Shown piece by piece: positions 39,862 to 55,289 of a stretch of DNA of 64,000 bases. The first letter of the stretch is position 1. Each line of letters begins with the position of its first letter. This stretch comes from Octopus vulgaris (lineage: Eukaryota). Made by a program: the position numbers and the translations under genes. The notes under the pieces are model-generated. The model saw only the letters and a list, made by a program, of their open reading frames with translations. It was not told the origin of the DNA and did not search any database. The stretch is taken from the NCBI GenBank assembly GCA_951406725.2, contig OX597817.1, positions 64,294,001-64,358,000 on the forward strand. The letters run 5' to 3'.

Positions 39862-40135
39862 TCATCCATAAATACAAACTTGTACAAGTTTATGTTTACA
39901 CCGAACACCAAACCAGTGTTGATTGTGTTGTATTCCGTTTCATCCAGTAAGGGGGGTCGACCAAGGAGAGTACTTGTTAAGTACTGGAATCAGTATGAAC
40001 AACTGATTAGTCGGAATTGGTACCCCAGGAAAACAGCTGTTGAATGAATGAAACCAGTAATGCAAATATATATATATGTGTGTGTGGGGGGGGTGTATAT
40101 ATACACATACATATATTTATACATACATACATATG

Positions 40136-40170
<35 letters not shown>

Positions 40171-40201
40171 CTGATGTTAGACCTTGATCTTAGCCATATA
40201 C

Positions 40202-40237
<36 letters not shown>

Positions 40238-40393
40238 ATATCTATCTCTCTCTATATATATATTATGTATATAAGTATGTATGTATCTATATATATATAT
40301 TATGCATGTATGTATGTATGTATGTATGTATGTATGTATGTATATATATATACATATATATATATACGCATACATATATATATATACAAACAC

Positions 40394-40467
<74 letters not shown>

Positions 40468-40619
40468 ATAAGTAAAAAAAAATGGAACAAGAACGCAACA
40501 GACGACACACATGTGTATATATGTATATTTAATACGTTAATGAAATTGTCTGAAAACACATCAGTTGTACAATATGTGGAAAATATACTGTAAGCATTGC
40601 CCCGATAATGTTAACATCA

Positions 40620-40900
40620 AATATAAAAATCACCCGGTCCTACGATCCCCGTAACCATACTCCCTTTGAACTAAAAACACAACCACATTGCGACGCAACT
40701 ATTTTACATTCGCTGATCCAGCTTTATTAAACCCTTTTCGAAACAAATCGATAAAGGGACAAATGATCCCATTACATTTAAATGGTTTCCTGGACAAATT
40801 CTCCCAAGAAATACCTGACAAAGCACAGTTACCTGCATATTGTCAGTCAATAACAACTTCAGCCAAGTGTTGGCTACTGTGTCTCAAACTAAATTTGAAT
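40620..40900 (+). mobile_element. Degenerate CR1-like LINE RT C-terminus
   Basis: TLRRNYFTFADPALLN..FLDKFSQEIPDK..PAY across frameshifts. Confidence 0.55.
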
Positions 40901-40925
40901 GAGTGTGTGTGTGTGTGTGCGTGTG

Positions 40926-40959
<34 letters not shown>

Positions 40960-41199
40960 TGTATGTATGTGTGTGTGTACACATATATGTATGTGTGTAC
41001 ACATATATGTATGTGTACATATATACTTACATTCATATATATGTGTATGTATGAATATATATATAAATACATTCGTATATGTATGTATATACATTCATAT
41101 AGATCGATGTTTCTTTATTAGCCACACAGAGCGGGACAAATTACAACACAGACGGGACAAATTACAAAGTAGAGCTTTTCTTTTTGGGGAGATATAATT

Positions 41200-41365
41200 G
41201 TTTCTAACATTGACACAAGATTCTAAATTTGACTGGTACTTTATTTTATCGACCCCGAAAGGAAGAAAGGCAAAAATTGACCTCGACGAGATTTGAACTC
41301 CGAACGCCAAGAGCCCAAACGAATACTGCAAATCATTTCTACCCGGCACTCTGACAGTTCTACCA
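41200..41365 (-). mobile_element. SINE family A
   Basis: gactggtactttattttatcgaccccgaaagg..gacctcgacgagatttgaactc. Confidence 0.8.
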
Positions 41366-41550
41366 CACACAAACTTACAAAGTTATAAAAAAATACCAAA
41401 TATTAATTTTGACAGTACTGAGAGCATGTTCAATGAGTACGCAAACTATAAAACAAACACACAATCACAACACCCACGCGCACGCAAAAAGATTGATAGA
41501 TAGATACGTACATACATACATACATACACATACATACATACATACATACA

Positions 41551-41581
<31 letters not shown>

Positions 41582-41725
41582 TTTGAAGTGTTTTTATGAT
41601 GTATACAAACAAATAGAGAAAGACAGATAGACAGTCAGATGCTTATGCTATATATGGAGTGGGAGGTTATATATGTAGACACAGAAAACAAGAAAAAACA
41701 AATAGATAGATGACTAAGCATTCTT

Positions 41726-41770
<45 letters not shown>

Positions 41771-42307
41771 ATTTGCGTATATGTGTTGGCGCACGTGTAT
41801 ACACATGATTCGCGTAATTTGTATGTATATAAATAAACAAACATGCACTTACAGACAGAAAGAGGGAGGGAGAAAGGGGGAGGAAGGGAAAGGTAAGAGG
41901 AGAATTAACAGACGGGATGCAGTAGTGGAAGTATACCATATTACTTCTACTCTTATCGTTACCCTGAATATAATTACACCACGTAACAAACTGTTACTAC
42001 CCAAGAAATTTCTCGGTGGTGTTGTTTCTACTTTTGACTGTTGTTTACCAAATACGTTGTCCTAAATGCAATGTTGTGATACAAACGGTAGTCTGCTTCT
42101 GCCCCTTAGAGTTACCTCCCTTACAGGTTTCAGGCAGATCGTTGTCTTGAACTATTTGACCTTTTTGCTTTTTCGGTTTAGGCTCCAACGAAATAAACAC
42201 TAAATTTATACTAAAGTCAAATCCAGCGGTTGTAGTCACTCCTCTCGTTCTACATACACACATACATACATACATACATACATACATACATACATACATA
42301 CATACAT

Positions 42308-42342
<35 letters not shown>

Positions 42343-43174
42343 TACATACATACATACATACATACATACATACATACATACATACATACATACATACATA
42401 CATACATACATACGCCGAACTATTGAGAATTCTGCAGTTATTCTATCCAGATTAAAAGTTCAGGTTTGCACCTGTAAACTATTGAGGCACTGGGATATGT
42501 AACACTGCCTAAATACCAATCTTGAGAAATTGGTCTTCTCAAAACCAGAAAGGAGAAAGCTAATTCGAAAGACTTCAGATCCAATCCATCATTGGAACTG
42601 TAAAAATCTGTAAAACTTTCCAGAAGTTTATCATTTAAATATATTTGAGCATGTCGAGATATGCAACTATATGCATGGGAATACATAGATAAAGCAAAAT
42701 ATACAAATCTGCACATATACATACATACATACATACATACATACATACATACATACATACCTTGTTATTGATGTACAAAAATACCTTGTTATTGATGAAA
42801 TTTCAATGAAGGAGCCTTGGATCTAGGTTAGAAACTGGCTATTTCTCTAATGGCAAAAAATCTTGAAATAACTGAATAATAACATACATACATACATACA
42901 TACATACATACATACATACATACATACATACATACATACATACATACATACATACATACATACATACATACATACATACATACATAGATGTTTTCAAATA
43001 ACACTAGGTATTTTAATTAACTAAGTGGAACAGTAAACATTACATTTGTGAGTTCAGTTTGTCTTTGTTGTGTTTGGCATTTGTGTGTGTGTGAGAGAGA
43101 GGGGGGGAGAACGAGACAGACAGACAGAAGCAGAGATAGAGAGCGATAAAGTGTTTTCTAAGTATAAATATATT

Positions 43175-43391
43175 CTTTTATTATTTTACTGGTTTCAATC
43201 ATTTGACTGTGGCATACTGGGGCACCGCCTTTAGTCGAAAGAATCGACCCCAGGACTTATTCTTTGTAAACCTAGTACTTATTCTATCGGTCTCTTTTTT
43301 GCCAACAGCTAAGTTACGGGAACGTAAACACAGCAACACCGGTTGTCAAAGCGATGATGGGGGAGACAAATACAGACGCACAAACATATAC

Positions 43392-43424
<33 letters not shown>

Positions 43425-43503
43425 GACGAGCTTCTTTCAGTTTCCGTCTACCAAATCCACTTACAAGGCTATAATTAGAAGACACTTGCCTAAGGTGCCA
43501 CGC
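43175..43503 (-). mobile_element. SINE family B
   Basis: tcgaccccaggacttattctttgtaaacctagtacttattctatcggtctc..gaagacacttgcctaaggtgccacgc. Confidence 0.85.
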
Positions 43504-43576
43504 CTAGATGTGTCGTGATTAATAATAATAAATTCTCGTATATTCCATCTTCCGTCTTTCATTTGCCGTATGTATG

Positions 43577-43625
<49 letters not shown>

Positions 43626-44185
43626 TTATTTATTTATATATGAGCGCGCACATAGACATACATGCATACATACGTACATACATACATACATACATACATA
43701 CATACATACATACATACATACATACATACATACATACATACTGTGTTATATTATATATAGACCAGAAAAGAAAAGAAAATAGCTAATTGTTAAAACGTTC
43801 AGTTCGCTATCACCAGATCCTGCGTTCGATATCACTATGTTCCTTACCATAGTCTCAGGTGCACCCAAGTTTTATGAATGATAGTGAAAAGATGAAAACT
43901 GTACGAGAACCTATCGAATGGATTGCACCCTTAAGTCAAATATATAGCCCTATCTTACAGTGTTTCTTTGATTCCAACTGAGAATTACATTTAAGAGTAC
44001 GTATGTCAATAGAATTCTCGGCACATTTACATGCAAATACGAAGAGCCGGTAGCTCTGTCGAGCGAACAACTGGCATTCTCGACGTCGAAGCCGACAGTG
44101 ATCCAATTTACTTACTAGTGTTAATGTAAACATGTTTTAAATGTTGTATGTGTTGGTTGCACGCACTCACACACGAGAGTGAAGT

Positions 44186-44540
<355 letters not shown>

Positions 44541-45329
44541 ACGGAGAGAGAGAGAAAGAGGGGTTAGATGTCTTTATTAATATACACACCTAAGATGAAG
44601 CTGAAAAACATTTACTGTCAACTGATGTGGAACGTACAGCTGTTGCTCACTGCTTATATGTCGTTACTTATATACCTATACATCATTGATGCAATAGAGC
44701 ATGCTCCTAAATGATTATACAGCCATCTCGACAGAAATGCTTTCTGGAATTCTTCTACAAAGCATGTTCCTGAAACAACGATTATTCGTAGGTTCTGTTA
44801 ATCAGATTGAAGCAATGGTCATCATCAAAAAACTTTTTGTTTTTAAATGTTCTGTATCTCAATTGTTTGGTGATGTGTGGGGTGGAATGAGGTTGAGGAT
44901 AATACATACATACATATATACATTCGCGTCACGTGTGCATCAGTGGCGCGGACTTCGTAGGGACCCTCGTGTCACATGTCAAACAGTGGCGCGAAACACG
45001 TAGAGACCACTCGTGGCACCTGTCAGCCAATCAAGTTAGTGTTTAGAACAAGAACAAGTTAACCAAAGATGGTTGTAACCTCAAACGAGATCATTTCTGC
45101 CTTGCCCTTCACACAGTCAAGATATTAACAATCGCTATGGTCATATTTCAAAAAGGCTGAAATTGCCACGCTACAATACATACATACATATACACACACA
45201 TGTATATGGGTGTGTGTATGTGTGTGTATCTGCGACTGAATAGGATATACTGCTTCAAAGAAGTCATTGAAACAAATAATACGTTTACAGACACTTACAA
45301 ACAAGATGTAGCCATTATCACAAACCGCT

Positions 45330-45486
45330 CGCGGTAGGGGGCGGTAGGGGCGGTCCGCCCCGGGCGACACTTTTAAAGGGGCAGCACTTTTGGGTCTGCT
45401 GTAAGCAATATGTGTTTTTTGTGGGGTCCGGGGGCGGCAAACGGAAGGGCCGCCCCGGTCGGTGCACACTCTAGCTACGCTAGTGT
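45330..45486. mobile_element. Possible hAT-type MITE end
   Basis: GC-rich cgccccgg motifs ending tagctacgctagtg. A possible partner end cagtggcg lies at 44941. Confidence 0.4.
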
Positions 45487-46029
45487 GGCGAGGTGATCTT
45501 CAAAATGAACTCGCTGCTTTGCTAGGAGAAAGCCGAGATCTCTCCTGCTTGAAATGCCAACTGCGCCCTAGGAATATTGTAGGCGACACACTGCTTAACT
45601 CGTAAAAAAGGACGCAAATCTCAAGAATATTCGAGATGACGTTCACAACATGGCTTCAAGCTGATTGGTCAATTTTAAAGTTATTCGCGGGGAAATGATG
45701 TGGTTCAACCATGACAGCGAACTGGTGATTTTGCGTTTAGAGGTTCAAATTCTGACACTTCTATAGAACACCAGAGTGGCACTTTCACCGACCACTCAAG
45801 GTGTTAGGTGCCCTTCCGCGAACTACACTTGATCGAGGACTACAATTTAGTCAGAGACAAGATGCGAAAAAGCGAGTCTGACGAACGGTGACCTCACTTG
45901 CTCACCGTCAAGTGAACGTTGGAGGTGTAATAGCCTCAGCGCATATCTGTGCATCATTAGCCATAGCATGCCCAGTCATCCATTCATCAGGTGTAATGAT
46001 GATAATAACAACAATATTTAACATAGTAC

Positions 46030-46270
46030 TCTTTTCTACTCTAGGCAAAAGGCCCCAATTTTTTTTTTGGGGGGGGAGGTCAGTCGATTAGATCGACTCC
46101 AATACGCAACTGGTACTTAATTTATCGACCCCGAAAGGATGAAAGGCAAAGTCGACCTCGGCGGAATTTGAACTCAGAACGTAAAGGCAGACGAAATACC
46201 ACTAAGCATTTTGCCCGGCGTGCTAATGTTTCTGCCATCTTGCCGCCTTTTCTGCCAGCTCACCGCCTTA
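46030..46270 (-). mobile_element. SINE family A
   Basis: Near-consensus body with a duplicated 5' end (tctgcca..cgcctt twice). Confidence 0.9.
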
Positions 46271-46949
46271 CTATTTCACATAGTACTAACACGAGAAAGA
46301 CCATGATGAAACACACACTAGTAATAATAAAAATTTTAAAAAAACGATGATGATGATGACAATGACGACGACGGTGGCGACAAAGATGATGATGATAGCA
46401 GTGATAATAATGGTGATGAGAAAATAATAAATAAACGCTAGGGCGAAAGGGGCGCGATAGGTTAAAGGAGAAGTTACTGACATTAAAATTCTAAACGATA
46501 AAATATTGATGTGAACGATTGTTTTCAATATTCATTTCACTGGATTCTTTTAAAGTGGATTGACAGAGGAATATACACATACACCAAAAACATGTACCAG
46601 TGACTCTCTAGTCTATACGTTGAGCAGTGAAGAGGGAATATATGAGAATATATGAAAAAAATAAAATAAAAAGCTTTAAAAAATGAAATGAAAAGAGAAA
46701 AAATACACAAAGTTCGTTAGAACCAGGGAACTTATAAATAAAAAGAAATTAAATTTTAGCATGATTAAGTATTACTTAAATAAACAGCTTATTCATTAGT
46801 TAATTAGTAAGGTAGTTAATTAAAGTTCCTGTATCAGAAGGAAGAGAGTTAATAATATTACTTGAATGACAGAAATGAAGGAAAGCAGTGATTGATATGA
46901 GGCAAGTGTTATGGGTTAGAGTGCAACAAAATCGTGGGTATCGAATATT

Positions 46950-47200
46950 GTAGTACTCCGTCGGTTACGACGAAGAGTGTTGCAGTTGATCCGATCAACA
47001 GAACAGCCTGCTCGTGAAATTAACGTGCAAGTGGCTGAATCTCCGGGAGATTCAGTGTGATATAGAATATGACAAGGCTGGCCTTTTGTAACTCATTTTT
47101 GTGAGCTGAGTGGACTGGAGCAACGTGAAATAAGTATCTTGCTCAAGGACACAAAATGCTGGCAGGAATCGAACTCTCGACCTTACGATCGTGTTGGCTA
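46950..47200 (-). mobile_element. SINE family C
   Basis: Reverse complement of the 9481 copy (ccgtcggttacg..cagttgatccg..gacaaggctggcc..gaccttacgat). Confidence 0.8.
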
Positions 47201-47725
47201 CATACCTCCACAAGTATTGGATATAAGTTCAAGGAGTATACCGTACGATCAAGTCTTGACGAAGGAGTACCTCCACAGTTATTCCAAAATTTATTTGTGA
47301 TATGACATAAGAAATGCTATATAGGATTAAAAGCTAAGTCAACCTCGGCGGAATTTGAGCTTAGAACATAAAACCGGAAGAAATACCGCTCAGCAATTTG
47401 TCCAACGCTATAACAATTTATCCATCTCACTGCTTTTATATGGGGAATAATGATACATCTTATACAGTATAAATGACCATATGATTACTACTAGACGGAA
47501 GTTTGAACCGGAAACATTTGAGCTTAGCTTTCATGTGATAGTCAGAGATTGCTACTAATGCTATTTAATACAACTAAATGTGTGTGTGGGGGGTGTATGA
47601 AGGAGAACCAATAATAAATTTGAAGATACTAAGATTTAAGGTAATATACTTCAAAGTACACCATGAGAAAAATACTTTAGCTAATGAGAAGCTCTTTCAT
47701 GCAGACACACACCTCTGTATCTATC

Positions 47726-47756
<31 letters not shown>

Positions 47757-48511
47757 TGTGAATATTACGTTCACCTCCACGAGCTAACAGCGACCAATGT
47801 CCTTTCGAACCGCATCCTTCAGTGTAACAACAACAAAAAAACCCAGAAAACGTTGGGTAATGTTGCCATATACGAAAATATGATTTCTGATTTAGGCACA
47901 AGACTAGAAATTTTGGGTAGATGGTTAGTTGATGCCAACGACCCCAGTACTTGACTGGTACTTTATATTATCGTCCCCAAAAGAATGAAAGATAAACTTG
48001 ATCTCGGCATTTTTTCCCACTCTTTAGCGGTTTTGCCAAATAAAGGCTGGACTAGTTTTTTCATTATATTTCTGCTGAACTAGCGTTAAATAGCAACCTC
48101 TATTACTTGCTTTGAAGGACTGAGAGTTAACTGTACCACCTTGGCAGTGGAGAGTATAGAATCATAGCATTTCCCACTGCACGTTGGGGCATTCCTTCAC
48201 TAACGATGCAGCCTGGCTCTGATCTACTAGAAATATAGCATAGCTAGGACTTTTAAACCATTCAGCAATAGTTTATCAATGGCCACTTTACCAGAAAATA
48301 CGATAATGGACAGGGAAGAGGAGGGTTGATATTCAATTTCTCTGGTTCTGATAATGATGAACTCTGCCTTTAAAAAGTTGTATGAGTGCTCATTCAAAAT
48401 TATAGTAATAAAATAAAAATGAAGGGTTGTTACTGAACAAATAATTTGTGCTCAATGGTATGTACGGAACCTATGTAACCTGAACTGATGCTCAGTGTAT
48501 TCCTCGCCACA

Positions 48512-48599
<88 letters not shown>

Positions 48600-49107
48600 C
48601 TTAGGAAAGTAGAAGCGCAAATCTCGAACACTTCGAAGTTGATCTCTCTTATCGTCTCAGTACACATCATATGTGAAGTGCCCTTATTGAAGTTTATTAA
48701 TACCAAACATATGCTCCACTGCAGACTCGAACCAGGATTCACATAATAATCTCATTATAATGGGAGTTATGTCCGTCTGTCTGTCTATCTGTTCCCTCTT
48801 CACGGTGAAACGGCTGAACCAATGGCCACAATGTTTTTCGGGATTACGAAGGAGGTAATTAGGAATGTTTTTAGCGAAAAAAATGTCAAAAAGTATGATT
48901 ATTGAGTGGATATTGAGTTTTGCATTAATAAATCACCTTTGATTTTTTTTTGTTAAAATTTTATACAAGTTAAAATTTATTTTCATTGATAAAATAAATA
49001 TTTATATCTATTTATTCTAGTTTTATTTATTCTTATATGTATTTATATTTTCTTACAAGATAATATACGTATATTTATTTATTTAATTGTTTTATTGTTT
49101 TTATCTT

Positions 49108-49190
49108 GGACCTGAAGAGTGACTATATTTAAATTGAATTGATTTTACTGTTATCAGTTTGAAAACATAGCCACGAAACACGTGTAATCT
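49108..49190 (+). ncRNA. Hammerhead-like motif in AT-rich PLE pLTR-like sequence
   Basis: CTGAAGA-GTGACTAT...ATAGCCAC-GAAA-CACGTG-TA, with a palindromic stem III and a weak stem I. Confidence 0.6.
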
Positions 49191-49343
49191 TTTTACCAAT
49201 TATATATTATTTATTTATTATTTTGTACTTTACTTAATTATTGGTATATGTTTTATCGTATATTTAATTTTTTAATTATGGTGTGATTTAATTATATCAT
49301 TGTTAGTTCATTGTTGAATTGCTACATGGTGGTTCTTCTCTAA

Positions 49344-49394
<51 letters not shown>

Positions 49395-49443
49395 GAGTGG
49401 ACAAACGAAAGAAAGACAGTCAACAATTTTATTGGGAGATACG

Positions 49444-50311
49444 TGTATGGATCAAAACAATATGATTCAAATTCGTTGGTACTCCAAGTTTCAAGCATGA
49501 TGCTAATCTTCAGCCATTTAGAAGTTGATTGTTATTACCAATTGATCGAAGAAGGTCACGCAGTGTCGTGACTTGGTGCTGGTATATCAGCGACAACAGT
49601 TACTAGGAAAGTACCGCATGGTGAACTGGAAATCGACCGTGTGGTGGACAGGAAATCGGTTGCGTTGCTGGAGGGGAGTTAGAAAGGAGCGGTATGTGTA
49701 AGTACATAATCATATATGTGAGTGTGTAGACGCGCTCATTTGGTTTTGCGTACGTGTCTGTATTGATGCAAGCGTGCGCATCTGTACATGAGCGCGCACG
49801 CACACGCATGAACGAACACGTACGCGCGCACGCACACTCCTGCATGCACATACACACATGCATACACACATATGTGTATTCGTTGACTCTACTTATGTAT
49901 ATATGCATGCATGCATGTACGCATGTCTATTAGTGTGCGTTCACACACGCATGAGTGTGCACATGCATAATCGCGCGCGCGTGTATGATGAGTATACACG
50001 CGCATAACAAGCGCTGGGGATTGGTAAGAAATCGACCGTAGTCAGGCTAGTAGTAACCGTTATGGACTGGCTGAACTCCATAAATATTTTTTATCAAGTC
50101 CTTCCTGAACCTATCCATGGCGTGGCCGTTCATATGGCTTGAGATAGCCAGGCTGTCGTCCTATAGAGAGCCGACCTATGTTGGTAGGTACGTCTCTTGA
50201 GGGTATCCAAGATGTACCCGACGAGGTCAAATTCAAAATGGCTGAAGATTAGCATCACGCTTGAAACTTGGAGTACCAACGAATTTGAATCAAACTGTTT
50301 TGATCCACACA
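49444..50311. mobile_element. Element bounded by roughly 85-bp inverted hammerhead-containing repeats (49444-49528 minus, 50227-50311 plus)
   Basis: Both arms read TGG-CTGAAGA-TT-AGC(A)..(T)GCT-T-GAAAC-TTGGA-GTA-CCA. Confidence 0.75.
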
Positions 50312-50331
50312 CACATATATGTAGGATATCG

Positions 50332-50363
<32 letters not shown>

Positions 50364-50605
50364 CATGCATACATACATACATACATACATACATACATAC
50401 ATACATACATACATACATACATACATACATACATACATACATACATACATACGTACGTACGTACGTACATATATATATATTCAATTATAATGTCTAAAAA
50501 ACCTGAAGTTGAGAATTAAACTTAACGTAAGCCTATTTACTGAATACGAAAATTTCTTTCGGCTTTGTCCAAAGTTTTGTAATATTGACAGTTCCACCTC
50601 GGACC

Positions 50606-50900
50606 CCACCACAATCATCACCACCACTGTCATTACCACCTCTATCATCACCAGTACTACCACCACCATCACCATCACCATCATCATCATCATCATCATC
50701 ATCATCACCACCACTACCACCACTAACCATCGTCATCATTGTCATCACCGACACCATCATCACAGCCATCAGCAATCATCATTACTATCGCTACTATCAC
50801 CATAGGCATTACTAGTACCACCGCCATCACTACCACCACCACTACCATCACCACACCACCATCATCATCGTCGTTGTCATCATCATCATCACCACCACTA
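50606..50900. repeat. (CAC)/(CAT)n low-complexity tract
   Basis: Direct reading. Confidence 0.9.
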
Positions 50901-51335
50901 TTACACAAAATAAGATACGAAAGCAGCAATTAGATTCATGAGAATGATGAAAAAGAATGACACCAACAGGGTGTGTCTGCTGAGTTAAATAAAGAGCATT
51001 ATATTTTGAGAAACTAACGAAAGTTAGGTGGAGGTGGGCATACTTAGAGTGTGTGCGTAGGTGTTGTATGTGTTGTAAAGGAAACGGTATATAACACTTT
51101 GTAGGTGTTGTATAGGAAACGGTATATGACACTTTGATATAATGTCACTGATTGGATAAGAATTTGATGAATACACTCAGTCTGTCTGTCTGTCTGTCTG
51201 TCTGTATCTACCTCTCTCACTTTCTTTCTCTTTCTCTCTCTTTCTTTTTCTCTCTTTCTTTCTCTCTCTCTTTATCTCTCTCTCTTTCTCTCTCTCTTTA
51301 TCTCTCTCTTTCTCATATATATATATATATATATA

Positions 51336-51406
<71 letters not shown>

Positions 51407-52344
51407 AGAGAGATATATAATTCTCTAATTCAGTTTTTATCTCTATACCTACCCTTCCATCTCTCTCTCTCTCTCTCTCTTGCTTTCTCTCTTTCTCCCC
51501 TCTCCCTCTCTCTTTCGCTTACTTTGTCGTCCTCGTTCTCTCATTATCTCATTTTTACACTAATTCCCACTCACTTGACATATCTGTCTAACTAACTATA
51601 TACCGCTAACTTATCCACCTCTAGTTCTCACCTTCATCCTCTCTCTATGCTACCTTCTCTCTTTGACACACACGCTAACTGACTGCCATTCAAACAGGTA
51701 AGACTATACGCCTGCCCAAGAACGCCGTGCCGAAACCCAAACAAGTAGCTACAGTAAAAATGTTTGTTCTTACATGTTACAAGAAGCACTCTGCCGTTCT
51801 GAATTGCAAGAATGCTATTTATTTCTATAGACTCATTTTGAAAAATTGTTCAACTTCCTCTCCTATCATTGTTTACAGGAAGAGATTTATAATAAGAGTA
51901 ATAGGAGGAGGTAATAACTTGTCCTCTCAACCTCTTTCTCCCCACCTCTAATAATAAATAACACAGCTTCATTTGTCAGATTTACAACATATTTTCTGCC
52001 AATTCTTTCTGCTGTAAATAGTTTGTTTATATATTTATTCATTTGTTTATTTATATCGTTTATCCCAGAAGCTCTAAAAGTGCCATACAGCTGCAGACTA
52101 AAATATTTACATAATTTAATTTCCGCCCTCTCAGTTTCATGCTCAAATCCCACCAGAGGGCAGCAGGATTTTACTGACCTTTTCAACCCCAAGTCGATAT
52201 CCTAAAGATGCCTTAGATGGACAGCAATGACTGTAAATAGGCTTGGTGGTGTGTATGGTTCGCTGTTGACTTCGCTATAAAAGGGTTTTTCGCACTTTGA
52301 CAAATTTAATTTTTAATCTTGTTAACTGTACAAGATGGTGTGGG

Positions 52345-53066
52345 GATCTTTTCTGTTTGGTTGCTCCTGTGAAAATTGCAAAGTTTAGTGAAAATTTTAA
52401 AATTTGGTGTATTGATGTAATTTTCCAAGCTGAATCTCAGAAGATAATTCACTTTTTCCAGAAATTTTTTTTTATTTTTAAAGTTGCAGAGGATTAACTT
52501 TTGATAACTTTTACCCAGTCAGAAACCGGATTTGGAAGCTGTCATTTTTGTGTGTGACAGCACGTGTTGTCAACTGTAAACAAATGAAATATTGGTGGAA
52601 TTCTGCTTTACGCACGCCATATAACTCCTCATAACTTTTTTATTTTGGGGGAATTTTCAGAAAAGCTTTGCAAATTTGTATTCTACACACGTGAATTCAT
52701 ACGGTTATGCAAACATACGGTTATACAAAAAATTTGGTACATGATTTAAGGCCTTTTTAGCAATTATTTTTAGCACATTTCACGACCAGCATTTAATAAG
52801 CTAAAAATGACCACGTCAGTAAGCAGCTTGTAACAGCTTGGCTTGTTACTATGGAAACAGGGACCTATATGTCTGTGGTTTTCGATTGGTTAAAATTTAC
52901 CCAAAATTTGCAAGCTTTAGAAGCTATTAACTCTTTATTTATTAATTTATGGTGGAAATGTTTCATGTCAAAGATTAGCACACGAAACTACATTATTACA
53001 CCAAATATGAAATCAATTGGAACAGAAATTGAAGAGATTGAAAAGTGGCAGCCAAACAGAAAAGGG
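52345..53066. mobile_element. Putative non-autonomous DNA transposon
   Basis: 17-bp inverted repeat cttttctgtttggttgc (52348) / gcagccaaacagaaaag (53048), one mismatch. No clear TSD. Confidence 0.5.
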
Positions 53067-53585
53067 ATTGTCAGTTTAGCTGACCATCTAACCATAAAAC
53101 AGATTTTACTGAGTAACATATATAATGGAAAATATCAAAGCTCCATTTTGCATGTTGTCCTTAGGGAGTGCCGCCTCTTTTTTGGTTTCTCGCTTGAATA
53201 AATCAGTGAAAAACATATGTGAGTGTGTGTGTGTGTGTGTGTGTATGTATGTGTATCAAAAGTTCATGCATTTATTTGTAAATGACTTTTGGGACAACCT
53301 GTATATTTATTTATTTATTTATTTATTTATAAGCAAAACTGCGCTAAGAGAAATAACTCAGAGTGGCCAATGCAATGTATTTGAACTACCTAGACAAATA
53401 CAGGTATATCAAATACCATCCAACATGAACTCTTGATTTATCAATATGGATGACTGCTGGTCTTCCATAAACAACTTTGACCAGACTTGTGCCTCAGAGG
53501 AGAACTTTCTAGGTGTAATCCCATGGTCATGCATGACCCAAGAGAGTCTTTACCTTTCTTTTTTTTAACCTTTTATGTATTGCAG

Positions 53586-53622
<37 letters not shown>

Positions 53623-53754
53623 TATACATACACACAGACATGCATACATACACATGCATAAACACCCATACATACACACATATGCACATACATACACACA
53701 CATACATGCAAACATGCACACATGCACATACATATATACATACATACATACATA

Positions 53755-53940
53755 CATCATCATCATCATTTAATGTCCATTGTCCATGCTGGCATGGGTT
53801 GGACGGTTAGACCAGGGCCGGCAAGCTAGAAGGCTGCACCAGAACCCAGTCTGATTTGGTGTAGTTTCTACGGCTTGATGCCCTTCCTGATGCCAACCAC
53901 TCCGGGAGTGTAATGGATACTTTTATGTGCCACCAACATG
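53755..53940 (-). mobile_element. SINE/LINE 3' tail with (TGA)n end; second copy at about 60305-60500
   Basis: catcatcatttaatgtcc..ccatgctggcatgggttggac..ttctacggcttgatgcccttcct.atgccaaccac. Confidence 0.7.
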
Positions 53941-55289
53941 TGTTTGTCCCCTACCACTGCTTAACAATAGGTGTTCATTTGTATATATCCCCAATAACTT
54001 AGTGGTTTTGGCAAGAAAATTCTGATAGAATAAGTACAAGACTTTCAAAAAATGTACTAGGGTTGATTTTCTCTTCTCACCAATCTTGAAGGTCCTAAAA
54101 AGTTAATGGGAATTGCTCTTTTTATTCTAAACTAATCCCCAGAAACATTTTACAATTTAAAAAAAATTTTAATTAAAACTCAGATATTCTTTGATTATTT
54201 AGACACCCTAAGACTGCAAGATGGCAAAGATCATAAAAGCATTGGAATATATGTTAGTTCCAACTCTTTACTTTTTGAATTCAAATCTTGCCAGATCCAG
54301 TTTTGCCTTTTATCCTTCCATGAGTGATAAAAGAAAGTACCAATAATGCACTGGAGATAGTGGAATCAACTAACCCCTTCCCTAAAAAATTGCTTATGCC
54401 TAAATAAGAAACAGGTATCCAGACAAACTTTCCTTACACCATTCTCCAACTCATTCATCTTTTCATTCTTCTATTCTTTCATGCTAACATTCTTTACCCC
54501 ACTACCTCCACCACTTGCACAAATGACATCTATTCTACTTCATAAATCAAATGATTAGGATGACACTTAATTTCTGTGACACCTTTATCTAGATTTACTT
54601 CCGCTTCGTCTTTCAACACCTTTCCTATCAATAGCTATATCTTTGCTACTTAATGTCCTCAAGTGGATCATACATTTCTTCCTTCCTCTCTTGGTTACTT
54701 CCCAGCCTATTTTACAATACAAAAGTGTGTCCCACCAATTTCCTTTCTTCATAACTTTCAGAAAAATGGATAATTTTTAATGAAAATTTTTACAAATACT
54801 TTACCACTAGAGTATATTGCAATTATCTTAGAATTTATTGTGAAAATATTTTTCAGGAAGAGAAGATGAGTTTTGAATAATTTGCTTCAATTTAGTGGAA
54901 TTTTCCTCAGATACCTTTCAGATGGTACAGATTACAATTATATCAGTATTCATTTTAAAAAATACATACTGACAGACATCACATATAAATCTACACCCTC
55001 TTTTAAGGCAATAAGAGTATGATTTGAGCTGGTTAGTCAGCCTTCATACAGTATGCAAGCATTTCCAGTATCCATCATCTCTTCATACATGTCACTAAAA
55101 ATACCCACATTTTAGAAACTCTACTGTATTTATGATATTTTATCTTTTTTGAAATTCTGATAAATAGCACAACGCAACAGGTATTTTGTTGTCAGGACAT
55201 TTTTATCTGGAAGGTTTTTTTTTGTTATGCTGAATCCAAAAATGAAATTCATTTTTACCATCATGTCTAGATTTCAAGATACCCCCACC

